Shown here: piece after piece, positions 15,450 through 27,467 of the stretch | Position numbering within the stretch: position 1 is the stretch's first letter | Layout of the letters: each line of letters starts with the position of its first letter | Assembly (NCBI RefSeq): GCF_963921235.1 | Contig: NC_086097.1 | Span: 86,740,001-86,804,000 of the forward strand | Direction: 5' to 3' | Length of the DNA: 64,000 bases | Origin: Mobula hypostoma | Taxonomy: Eukaryota | Program-made: the position numbers and the translations under genes | The notes under the pieces: generated by a model | Seen by the model: the letters and a program-made list of their open reading frames with translations, nothing else | Told to the model about the DNA's origin: nothing | Database searches by the model: none

Positions 15450-15740
15450 CTTGTGAGACCATGGATTTGCGCCTGGAAAGTCTTCACTCTCCAGGGCACA
15501 GGCCTGAGCAAAGTTGTATGGAAGACCAGCAGTTGCCCATGCTCTCTCCTCTCCACGACACCAATGTTGTCCAAGGGAAGGGCATTAGGGCCCATACAGC
15601 TTGGCACTGGTGTCGTCGCAGAGCAATGTGTGATTAAGTGCCTTGCTCAAGGACACAACACGTTGCCTCAACTGGGGCTCGAACTCACGACCTTCAGATC
15701 GCCAGTCCAATGCCTTAACCACTTGGCCACATGCCCACAC
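15450..15740 (-). mobile_element. tRNA-derived SINE (CORE-like centre, probably RTE-type tail) with 11-bp TSD
   Basis: Minus strand: A box TGGCCAAGTGG, B box GAGTTCGAGCC, then GTGTCCTTGAGCAAGGCACTTAA. TGCTATGAGGT duplicated at 15439-15449 and 15741-15751. Confidence 0.85.
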
Positions 15741-15791
15741 TGCTATGAGGTAAAGATATAACTATATCTTTATAACATATAGTTACATAAT

Positions 15792-15946
15792 TGTAACTAT
15801 ATGTTATAATTATGTGGTTCTGTCAGTGATAGTCTTTGGTTTGTCCTGTTTTCTGTGATATCACTCCGGAAAAACATTGTATCATTTCTTAATGCATGTA
15901 TGCATTTCTAAATGACAATAAAAGAGGACTGAGTGTTCTCATAATC
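15792..15946 (+). mobile_element. 3' fragment of the YY1-headed retroposon, copy 2
   Basis: Near-identical to the reverse complement of ~5368-5522; ends AATAAAAGAGGACTGAGTGTTCTCATAATCT. Confidence 0.85.
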
Positions 15947-18119
15947 TTCCTCAGATATAAAAATTTTGCTAGAATATGGCACAAGTTTAATGGCATGAAA
16001 TTGGATTGTGTGAAATATCATACAAGTGATTAATGTTTGATCATTTACAATTTAACCATTGGTTTCAAGAATCCAGTCTTTTTAAAATAATTGCAAAAAA
16101 AATTAATCAGCTTATTTGCACTTGTTGCTTCCAGTTGACCTTGGGGCGATGCCACAAATTTGACTTTCTGTCTTCAGCATTTACAGTAAAATTATGGGCT
16201 TCACATGTAAAGTGTTCTTATTCTAGAGTTGATCCTCATTGAAGTTCAATATTAAACAAATGAATTTAATGAGAATGCTCAATGTTGGCCTTAATTAAGA
16301 TTGGGCAATCCATTTTCACCCTATGAATATAATTTTAAATAGTAAGAGGAAATGAGCTTGAGCATATCACAATTCCTCTTCATCCTTGCTCTTTAGTGCT
16401 AAACATTTCAAACACCATAGTGAACATGCTCTCATGAATTGTATCTCTTTTTCATCTGCTTGATCTTGAATGCAAATGAAAATTGGTGAAAGACTGAATG
16501 CATTTTATAACCTTCAGCATTCAAATGCAAAAACCTGCAATCAAGCATTTTCTAATTTAAAAAAAAGATAAAGATGTTTTGATAACTGTTGTAGCAATGA
16601 AATTGCTTATTTGTACATACATTGAATGTTCTTGGGTAGTGTGCTATTTATGTACAAAAGTTATAACTTAAGTTATTTAAAATTGCACCCATGTTTTTTT
16701 TTTGTTTCTGGTGATTGAATTTGTTAGCCTTACTGAAAAACACTAATAATGAGTTTATAGGAATTGCCAAATGAAAATGAAACCTAATAATCCCTGTACC
16801 CAACCTAATTAGATGTACAGGAAGGTTGCATGATTGGCAGCAAATATTAGAAATAAAATTGATGTTGGGAGTAGTTAATTATTCCCCTGCCTTTTTTACT
16901 GCATGACTACAGTTATTTCCTGTGATATGTACCAGCAAGTGATTAAGCTTTGTTTTCTCTCAGGCATCAATGTTATCAAGTGCTCCTGTAAGCAGACTGT
17001 GCATTCAGTTGGAAGTTTTCAAGATTTATTAAATTGCAAGAATGAGTAAAGTAGGGGGCAGAGCAATGGCATTGAAGTGCTGGTTACTTGTTCTCTATTA
17101 GCATGACAGAACTGATCTGAAAGGGTTGATAATATTACCTCTTTATCTTGAACTTTCACATAAAGGCTTAATGACTCAGGCTATCTGGTCATTTATATCA
17201 TTGCTGTTTGAGAGATTTGTTTTCAGGTTTGCTTCTTCCGCTGCAAAAGCATTTCATTGGTAATGAAGTGCTTTATAACAACCCAATACTGTATAAATGC
17301 CTTTCTTCCATTAATACAGCAGTATTTATTTTGTTTCAATACAAGTTTCAGACAATATTTAGACTTCAAAAAAGGACCTATTCTTTGGAATGTTTCTTTG
17401 TTTGTTTGTTGGCTGACATAATTTCCTGCAAATTGATGAGCAAAATGCTCCAAAAGAAACTAAGGAAAACAAGCTTCTTCTGGTAATGTCATCTAAATCT
17501 TTTTGAAAGTCAGTGCTGGTGAATCCAATTAAAAAGGCTACATATAATTACATGCACAGCTTGTCTTTCAAATGATCTACATGATTCTATATGAAATGTA
17601 CTGCCTTTTAACCATATTAGCACCTTGGACCTCCTGTTATGTTTCTAAGGATTCACACTCACCGCAATTGACTAAAATCAGCATGTCTGCTCCCTTAATG
17701 CAAAGCATTTTCTTTGAGGAATATCCTGTGATCATGGAGTATTATGCTTTCATGCTGTTTTCCAGAAACAAGATAAGCATTCAACAGAAATTCAAAAGAA
17801 ACCTTTATCTGCATGGCCTCATGACTAACCCATTGCATTATGGACAGTACATGCAAGTTTAAAAGGCACTTATCATTAAACATGTCACAAAATGAGGCCT
17901 TGTTGTTTCACGTAACCAGGCTGAATGTCAAAATATTTTCAGATTTATTCAGACTTTACAAATGAACTTCAGGCACTTGGTCCTTCACAATTCAATAAGG
18001 TCATGACTCATCTGACTGTAACCTTAACTCCATGTTCCTGCTAACTTTCAATGACTTTTCAATCATTGCTTATCTAGAATCTACCTACCTCTGTCTTAAA
18101 ATATTGAAAAGTGTTTTAA

Positions 18120-18925
18120 AGTTATAGAGTCATTGAGTACTACAGCACTGAAACAGCCCCTTCAACCCATCTGATCTATGCCAAGCTCTAATTCTGCCTA
18201 GTCCCATTGACCTGCACATGGACTATATCCCTCCATTCATGTACCTATCCAAATTTACCCACATCCACCACTTCCAATGGCAGTTTGTTCCACATTTTCA
18301 CTACCTTCTAAGTGAAGAAGATCTGACTCGTGTTTCCCTTAAACATTTCACCTTTCACCCATAACCCATGACCTCTAGTTCTAGTCTCAACCAATATCAG
18401 AGGAAAAGGCTGCTTGCATTTACCCTATATATAATTTTGTATACCTCTATCATCTTACTTCATTCTTCTACGCTGTAGAATATAGTCTTAATCTTTTCAA
18501 TTTTGCCCTGTAACTTTTGTCCTGGAAACATCTTTTGTGAATTTTCTCTGCACACTTTGAGTCTTATTGATATCCTCGCTGTAGGTAGGTGACCAGAACA
18601 GGATATGATACTCCAAATTATGCCTCACCAGCATCTTGTACAACTTCAACATAACAACCTAACTCCTGTACGCAATACGTTGATTTATGAAGGCCAACGT
18701 GCCAAAAGCTCTCTTTTTGGCCCTACCTACCTGTGATGCCATTTTTCAAGGAATTACGGATTTGTATTCCCAGATCCTTCTGTTCTACTGCACTCTTCAA
18801 TGCCTTACCCTGGTTTGTCCTCCCAAAGTGCAAAGCCTCCTACTTGTCTGCATTAAATTCCATTTGCCATTTTTTAAGCCCATTTTTCCAGCTGGTCCAG
18901 ATCCTTACTGCAAGCTTTGGTAGCC
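18120..18925 (-). mobile_element. Decayed CR1 3' portion
   Basis: Reverse-complement similarity to the CR1 3' region at 6300-7150 (e.g. gaccagaacaggatatgatactccaa; tacagcactgaaacagcccctt). Confidence 0.75.
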
Positions 18926-19968
18926 TTTTACTATGCCCCCACCTTCTCCACTACTCTATGACCTTTTTCTTGGACTTGCCTTGTTCCAAAGATTAGCATC
19001 ATCTGAGAAATAATATTTTACTCTTCTCTGGTCTTAAGCAGGTAGCCCCATGTATTTAAATAGTGATCCTTAGTTTCAGATACTCTCACAGAGAAATATC
19101 CTCTTTACATTGACCTGTTCAAAATACGTTAGTGCTTTTAGGAAAGGTTTAAACTGTGTTAGCAGAGGAATGGGGCTCAGAGTAGAGAGTAGATGTTTGG
19201 GTGGGGTGGTACGATCATCTAGAGGCAAATTAATTGGTAAGCCCAGTAGGCAGAACAAATGGATAAATGGTAGATCCGAAGCTAAGTTGTATATATTTTA
19301 ATACAAAGAGTTTAATGAGAAAGGTAGGTGGACGCAAAGCTGTAATTTACAAGGGGAAGTAAAATATTGTTGCTTTCACTTGAGCCAAAAAAGGTAAAGA
19401 TCCGACAGAATGTTCTTTGTATAGGGTGATTTCTTTATTAAATGTCAATGTTAAAATTTTGGCTAAAGTTTTGGCTCGTAGATTAGAAAACATTATACCG
19501 TCTATTATTTCTGAAGATCAAACTGGTTTTATCAAAAATTATCTTCCTTTTTTAATATACGGCACTTATTTAATATCTTATATTCGCCCTCAACTGGGAT
19601 TCCTGAATGTGTTATTTCTCTTGATGCAGAGAAAGTGTTCGATCGCGTCAAGTGGAATTACTTTTTTGCAGTGTTAGAAAAATTTGATTTGGGACAAAGT
19701 TTTACTACATGGATTAAATTGCTATATTCATGTCCCACCGCTTCTGTTTTGACCAACTCTCAGCAATCCCAGTCTTTCAGTCTTAAATGTGGCACCCATG
19801 AAGGATGCCCTTTAAGTCCCTTACTCTTCGATTTTGCTGTAGAGGCACTTGCCATTGGGTTTCGTAGCTGTGCTGAAGTGATGGGGATTTGGAGGGGAGG
19901 TGTTGAGCATAAAGTTTCCCTTTATGCTGACGATCTTTTACTTTTTATATCAAACCTAACTACCTCCT

Positions 19969-20091
19969 GAGGGTCTCGGCCTGAAACGTTGACTGCACCT
20001 CTTCCTAGAGATGCTGCCTGGCCTGCTGCATTCAACAGCAACTTTTATGTGTGTTGCTTGAATTTCCAGCATCTGCAGAATTCCTGTTGTT
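19969..20091 (+). mobile_element. Penelope-like 3'-terminal mini-insertion in L1, 8-bp TSD
   Basis: TACCTCCT at 19961-19968 and 20092-20099. Insert matches the PLE end at 50851-50934 and the reverse complement of 49039-49160. Confidence 0.9.
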
Positions 20092-20172
20092 TACCTCCTT
20101 ACACTCAATGTTTTCACTTCTTAATAAATTTAGCCAACTTTATGGTTATAAACTTAATTTACATAAGAGTGA

Positions 20173-20254
20173 CACATGTAAAAGTTGCTGGTGAACGCAG
20201 CAACTTTTATGTGTGTTGCTTGAATTTCCAGCATCTGCAGAATTCCTGTTGTTT
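20173..20254 (+). mobile_element. Penelope-like mini-insertion with inverted 5' part, 12-15-bp TSD
   Basis: (TTT)ACATAAGAGTGA at 20158-20172 and 20252-20266. Removing the insert restores the L1 peptide GYKLNLHKSELFPI. Confidence 0.9.
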
Positions 20255-23200
20255 ACATAAGAGTGAACTCTTTCCAATCAGTAGAGAAGCACAAGCTTTA
20301 GTATTCCATGACCTCCCTTTTAAAGTAGATAACAATCAATTCACTTATCTTGGTATTACAGTAACAAGGAACTTTAAGAATCTTTTTTGAGAAAATTTTA
20401 CCAGTCTTCTAAACTCTACAAAACAGAGTTTGACACAGTGATCACCCTTGTCTATGTCTCTTGTAGGTCGTATTAATGTTATTAAAATGTATATCCTTCC
20501 TAAATTTTTGTATCTATTTCAGTCTTTACTGATTTTTATTTCTAAAGCTTTTTTCGATGGGTTAGATTCTATTATTTCGTCTTATCTATGGAAGGGTAAA
20601 CACCCTAGACTTAATAAAGCTCATCTTCAAAAATCTAAAAAGGAAGGTGGTATGGCCTTGCCTAATTTTCATTTATATTATTGGGCAGCCAATATTCGTT
20701 GTCTTGTTTTTTGGTCTTTCTTCCATAATAAGTCTGACTGCCCAAAATGAGTGGCAATGGAGTTGAACCCTACTAAGGATCTTCCAATTTCTGCACTTCT
20801 CGGTTCCGCACTTCCTTGTCATTTGCCTAGACTAATTGTTAATCCTCTTATCAGACATACTTTAAGAATATGGGCTCAGCTCAGAAAATTTAATGGTCTT
20901 CATGGTTTTTCTCTCTCTAGCCCTATTTTATACAATCATCTTTTCCTACCTTCTATGTGGGATTTAACATTTTACGACTGGCATGGAAAGGGTATTAGGG
21001 GCTTGAAGATCTTTTCATAGGTATTCGTTTTGCAACTTTTCAACAATTGTCTGTAAATTTTAATGTACCTAATACTCATTTCTTTAGATATCTTCAAATT
21101 AGACATTTCATTAACCCTTTGATATCAAACTTTCCTGAGATGCCTGAGAAAAATGTTCTGGACTTGTTTCTTTGTATCAATCCATTGGGTAAAGGTTTAA
21201 TTTCTGCTATTCGGGATAAGTTAGTGATTTTGAGGCGTGCCCCTTTCGATAAAATTAGTAACTGCCTGGGAACAAGATCTAAATATCTCCTTATCTGATG
21301 CGGTTTGGGATTTAATTTTTAAGTCAGCCAACTCAACCTCTCTATGTGCTCACCACGGCCTTTTGCAGTTTAAGGTTGTACACAGGACTCACATGTCTAA
21401 AACTAAGTTATCGCAGTTTTATCCTGACATTCGTCCTGTCTGTGATAAGTGTAAAGGGGCTGAGGCTTCCCTTATTCATATGTATTGGACCTGTCCTAGT
21501 CTAGAGAAATTCTGGAAAGAAGATTTTTCAACCCTATCTCATATTCTTAATTGCCATTTAGAACCTAACTCTCTGGTTGCTCTCTTTGGCACCTTGGGTG
21601 ATGTAAATTTGCACTTGAGTCCGACTAAATGCCGAACATTCTCTTTTGCCTCTCTCTTGGCTAGACGGTTGGTTCTTAGGTGGAAAGATGCTGCCCCACC
21701 CACTCATGCTCAATGGCTTAGTGATATTATGGCCTGTTTAGACCTCAAAGATTAATTATTCACTTCTTAATTTGGACATAAAGTTTCATAAGGTGTGGGG
21801 ACCTTTTCTTGAATATTGTCTTAATTCTTCTTTCGGGTAAGTTTATCCTTTGTTGTATGCTACAATTCCTTACTTTCAGCTTTTTTTTTGTAAGTTATAT
21901 GGTTTTTTTGTTGTGAATTACATTATACTTTTGGTAGTTGGCATTATACTTTCTTTTTTCCTATATATATTTACAGTTCTCTGGGGTTGACTGCTCCAAT
22001 TGATTTTTTTTTCTTTTATATGCAAATGGTTGGCCTGGATTTTTCTTTTTCAGTGGGAGGTTGGGGTAGATGCTAATTTTAAATAATTCTCTTTTGGGTG
22101 CTTTTTTTTCTTATTGTTATTGTTTTTTCTTATTCGAAACATATTGGATTTGTTTGTTTCACACTGTATAAATCTCCATTTTGTTGTTGGGTTTTCTCTC
22201 TGTAGTTTCTTGTAGAAATGCATAAAAAATTAATTTAAAAAAAAAGAGAATTGGTTGAAAAAGGGGCGGGGCTGACAACTTAGTACCCCACAGTTTAAAA
22301 TATTAAAGGTGAGTCAGGAAGACATTACATTAGTTTAGTATTGAGATAAGATATCCCAGAAAAAAACTCTTCAAATGTGGCTGCATGGGCAGAGATTAGG
22401 AACAAAATGAGAGGTGTCAGTAAGTTGAGTTTTGCTTCAGATCTCTTGTCAATCAACAAATATGTGGGCCACGATCAGAGAGATGCAATAACAATAGTGT
22501 TATAATATGAGGGAATTCTAATTTCCTGAATACTAACTGGGGTTTCATTGCTGTAAAAGGCTCAGAGTGGGTAGAATTTTTGAGATTTGTTCAAGAGAGC
22601 TTTTGATGGTATGTATATAGACCAATGAGAGGAGGGGCACTCTTTGACCTGAAGGAGCACTGATGAATGGTAGATGGAGTACAATCCATGTAAATGTGAG
22701 GTGATCCATTTTTGGAGTACTATTGAGGTTAGGAAAAAAGGGGATCCAGGAGGGGGATTCAATAGGATGTTGTCTCAGGTGGAGTGATTCATTATGTGGA
22801 CAGGCTGGATCTGTTCTTGCTGAAGTGGAGGAGATGAACAGAGGACAGAATAAAACTATGTAAAACTATTAAGAGTAGACAGCAGGAAACATTTTTCTCC
22901 CATATCTAAGGTAGATAAAATTGGAGAAAAGAGATTTAGGGCAAGGGTTTTAGAGGAGATATGAAGGTGACAGTTTTTGTCCAGAGACTAATGAGTTCCT
23001 GGAATGTATAAGGGGTAAAGTTGAAATGGGGATGCTGACATAATTTATGAAGTCTCTAAATGAGCACTTGAATGACTTGGGTGTAAAGGGGTATGGGCTA
23101 AGTGCTAGGAGATGGCTCACTAGTTGATATGGATGTGGTGGGCTAAATAGCCTCTTTTCATTCTGTGTGTCACTGACTTCATGACTTCAATGAAGTCATT

Positions 23201-24712
23201 TCTCACTATTCTAAACTAGTGAATACAAAATATCGAACCTTTGCTTGTGGAAAATCTGTTCATTCCAGCTATGTCTAGTAACCTGTTATGAATGGCCTTC
23301 TATAATCTTCCAAAGCAATTGCACAACCTTTTCTAAGAAAGGACTTGAATACTGCACACAATATTCCCAAATTGGTCTCAGCAATTCTCTAAAATAAGCT
23401 CACAAACTTTGAATTTAATTCTTCCAGCAATAAACAATACCATCTGTTAGCCTTCCAACTTGTACTTGCACACTGGCTTTTATGAATCGTCCAGTATGAC
23501 ACCCAGATCTCTCTGCATCTCAGCTCTGTAATCTCTCACCATTTAGATAGTATTTTTCTGTTTTTCCCCTCACATTATACAATAGTTCTCTGCTTCCTTA
23601 AGTAGGCTACAAAGGTGCATTGATTATATTTGGTTAAAGATTAAAGTTTGCATGTAATTTAATGAAGCTTGACAACTGTTAGGGCAACAATAAAATTGAA
23701 TTCAGAAAGTGCTCCATGGGCAAATCTTCTTATGGGTTTACAGAGATGTAGCTATGTATATGACGTGAACCCTTTTTATTTTCTCCTTACAGTGGTACAA
23801 GTAAAATTCCTGCGATATGAACACATTTACTTCATTCCTTAAATCTTTTTTTCAGTCCTGAAGATCCAATGCAATGTGCTGTTGCTTACTGAAGGCAGTA
23901 GCGTGGTCCATGAATCAGAGGAATAATTCCCAAAAATCATTATTCCAGTCTGGTGTTCCATATCTTACCCTCTTTGTGAATATATATAAATAAATACTAT
24001 TTGTGGTAATTTGGTATTGTGTTTATTGCTTTCTAAGTATTAAGCCATTAAATGGCAAGACTTTTAACTTTCCTAAAACTTTGATTTTAGCTTCTGTGTG
24101 ATAACTCAAATTTCGTTCACCTCATGAGCTCCCTTTCTTTGTTAAATTGAAAGACTCTAACTCCTCTGGTGATCTTATGAGCTGAGATTCATAATGTAGT
24201 CATACCCCAGGGGTATGCCTATTCCACTAATTTGTACAAGTTGAAGATGAACGTCAGCTGTTTGTTTCCCTCCAAAGATACTGCCTGACATGTTGATTTC
24301 CTTGTGCAGTTTGTTTATTTGTTCCATATTCCATCATTTGAAGTCTCTGGTGTCTCTGATTTGTACAAGCTCAGCTTTTTGCTATTGTATCTTACGTCCC
24401 CTTTATAAAACCTAGGATCTCGTGTCCTTTGAATATTTGGAGAAATAAAATTTAGCCATGTCACCTGAAATGAATGAACATTCATAACCTAATTAAAAAC
24501 AATAAAAATAAAAGCAATCAAATCTATAAAGTAGGAACTTTTAAGTAGAAATAAACGTCAAATGTATAATTCTTACCTGAGTACTTTGTAGCTGTTCCTT
24601 TCCTGTGTCAGGAATGCTGCTATTTCTTCAGCAAGCTTTAATCTGGTGCAAGTTCATTGAACAAATAACCCAGTGTAACTGGTAGAGGGTTGCAGCACGT
24701 TTGCACTCTGCC

Positions 24713-24728
24713 GCTGCCCTCTAGAGGG
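24713..24728 (-). promoter_or_regulatory. Candidate CTCF site
   Basis: Minus strand CCCTCTAGAGGGCAGC fits the CTCF core CC(A/T)SYAGRKGGCRS, in apparently non-repetitive intron sequence. Motif match only. Confidence 0.45.
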
Positions 24729-25316
24729 AAGTTGCATAATTGCTGGAAAAGAGTGGCCAGCGTATTTGTTATTTCCTGCATTGGAGTAGGTTGTCTAAAC
24801 TTAGTGGCATTTACGTGGGAAAAATACCACTAGTTTTATATGGAAATGCTGGTGGCAAATTTTGATCTCATACTCGGAAAATTCATAAAACATTAGTATG
24901 TTTGTACATTGTTCCATAACGTACTCAAATAATTCTATTAACCCTGTAAGAATGTAATCTATGAAGACCGTACTTGCAACGTTTGACTGAGTAATGACTT
25001 TTTTCAGCGAAAAGTGAGAGTATAATCACAAGTTTATGTAATACAGAAGTATAATCAAGACTCGTCATTGACTTTTAATTTATCTTTTTCAAATATTTTT
25101 ATTTGAATACACAACTGATGTCAGATCGCTCCTTTTGCATATTGGAAGTTGAAATCATTGACATGAATGTGGAATTAAGGTTATAACCAGATTAGTCATA
25201 ATCATATTAAATGGTGGAGCAGATGTGAGGGGTCAGATGGCAATCTTCTGCAAATAATTGAGTTTGCATGTTTGTACTTACACAGGAAGATTCAGGACTG
25301 TTTGTTCAGCTTATTC

Positions 25317-26801
25317 TGTTTCATTTTATAACTACAAAAATTAATCCAAAGAAAAATGTAGAGCCAGGGATACGGGCCTACCTACTTTTACTTTATTGAG
25401 GCTTGTACACATGATGTGTTGGCTAATGACATATGCTATTCTTGTAGTTTTACATATAATCCATAATAAATTATATGGAAAATTTCTTACTATTGTGGGA
25501 TAATGTCTTTCATGTCAATGGGGGTAGGGGTCAAACTGCTTGGTAGGTAAGACTTGTGGCTGTGAAACAATTTCAGGTTCTGGGGCCTCCTCTATAATCC
25601 TTGTAAGAGTTGACTCTGGGTGGGACTGCAGGAAGAGGTCCTGACAGCTCTGGCCATCTCTGTCCTCTGACAATTGATTCTGCTCTCCTCAGCTGATAAA
25701 TCTGTCATTTCTAGATGATATCAGATGCATTCTCCACTGTGTAGGAGAGTGATCCTGTTCTGTTTTTAATCTTTCCATACACCTGCTTTTGATCACATCT
25801 GTAATCCCTCGGCAGGACTGCCTGTCTGGGAGTGAAACATTGAACCTTCTTGTTCAAGGAGCCCTCAGTTTGTCTCAGCTGTTTCTCCTGCATACTCCTT
25901 TTGTTTCCATTGATACAGTAATTTCAACTTCTCTTTTAAATGTGAGTTCTGCTTCAGTTAGGAGTTATTTTTGAATGCTTTCTTGTAAGTTTCCACAACC
26001 TAAGCAATCTCTCAGTGCATCATTAAGCCCATCACTGAACTGACAATGCTCAGACGATTTCTTTAATTCAGCCACTAACCTATAATGTTCTGCAATGGAC
26101 AATAGTTTTGGTTCTAAATCTTCCTGCACTACTTTCATGATATCAGCAAAGCTCATTTCGGCTGGTTTGGTTGAAGCAGTTAAACTTCTGAGCAAATTGT
26201 ATGCTTTTCCACCTATTACACTCAGTAACACTGGCATTTGTTTTGCATTGGCTGTTTCATTTGCTTCAAAATACTGCTCAATTTGTTCAGTATATTATCA
26301 CAGTTATCTGTTGAGCATTTGATCAGTCTGTCTTTCTGATGTAGCCATCCATTTCTGCTTTTATTTATTTCTTATTATTGCCCAGTACTCACTGTTTATG
26401 TACCCGTGAATTTAATCTGTTGTCTGCCTTTTTATTTAACTCGACTGTCTCTGGCCCTTTCCAAAGAAAGATGTGCTGCATTTTTAAAATTTTGAACATC
26501 TTCCCTTTTGCAGAAAAAAACGTGCTGCACTTCAGCAGGTAGGTAGTTGTCTCGTGTTTATTGTAAAAATACCTCACTGCCACTGTAATGTTTTGTAACT
26601 CCAAAAATTAATTGAAAGAAAAACTTGAGAACTGGGGTACTTACCTTAGTGAGTGGTGCAGATATTATGCGGTAATGACGTATACTATTCACATACTTTT
26701 ACATATAACCCAAAATGAATATGTAGACAACAAAGAATGCTTAATCAAGCAGTATATTTGTAATATTGCACAAATATTACTGAAACATTAAATACACAAC
26801 A
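25317..26801 (-). mobile_element. Internally deleted Ty3/Gypsy LTR element
   Basis: 5' LTR 26584-26801 (TG..CA on minus) followed by PBS-like TGGCAGTGAGG. Gag fragment LLSVIGGKAYNLLRSLTASTKPAEMSF..CQFSDGLNDALRD, then integrase C-terminal fragment (FTPRQAVLPRDYR..GKIKNRTGSLSYTVE). Diverged, partial 3' LTR at 25317-~25480. Confidence 0.8.
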
Positions 26802-27467
26802 GCTGTATACATAACCTTCAAGTACGATCAGCTGTGTTTTTTTCTGCATTTATTTTCCAAATTACTTTGCTGAATTGCAACTGCCTTAAAAGCAGGCTCA
26901 GATCAGGTTAAAATGCAAATATCTGAAACCTGAAGACTTGTGGTTTTCACAGAGGTTATAGTCAACTTTTTTGTGGGATGGCTATTTACCTATTATAACA
27001 AGACTTCCCACCATAATTTTTAATGTTCATTCTGTCCTTAGTTTATCGGGATCAGGTGTACAAATCACCCGAACTCAGCAGCTGTTGGAAAGCTGAATTC
27101 ATGAGAACCATGCCTCATTAACAGAAATTCTTTTCTCCGGCATCTGGAAGATTCATATTTGACATTTGCCCTTTGTTATTCTCTTCTGAGCATCTCCTTA
27201 GCAACACCACTCTTTCACAAAGATGTATCTAACTTCCACATTACGTTTACTTCATATCTTTAGTTTCGACATTGTTGAATGTTTTCTTTTCTGAAGACCC
27301 TCAATCTGATGATCAGGTTGCTTGTAGATAGGAAATTGGTGGAGCTAGAATTACAAGACATTTGATTTTCATTTTTCGTAGGTTTCTTAACCTCAGAATA
27401 ACTTGCACTTCCCTCCTCATTACTATGTACTCCTCACCTTCACTAGGTGGATCTTCACTCCTGATAA

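Larger units (their letters stand above)
19387..22245 (+). mobile_element. 5'-truncated L1-clade LINE (ORF2 RT, C-terminal Cys motif, T-rich 3' UTR, poly-A)
   Basis: YRVISLLNVNVKILAKVLARRL..SEDQTGF, GCPLSPLLF, HKVSLYADDLLLF, GRINVIKMYILPKFLYLFQ, CDKC..LIHMYWTCP. A-tail near 22236-22245. Inserted into an old CR1 endonuclease fragment. Confidence 0.93.

Noticed and set aside
15665..15738. tRNA gene on the minus strand
   Set aside because: The A/B boxes are the head of a SINE with body and TSD; no complete acceptor stem.
19387..22245. Active L1
   Set aside because: 5'-truncated, with multiple stops and frameshifts and two PLE insertions.
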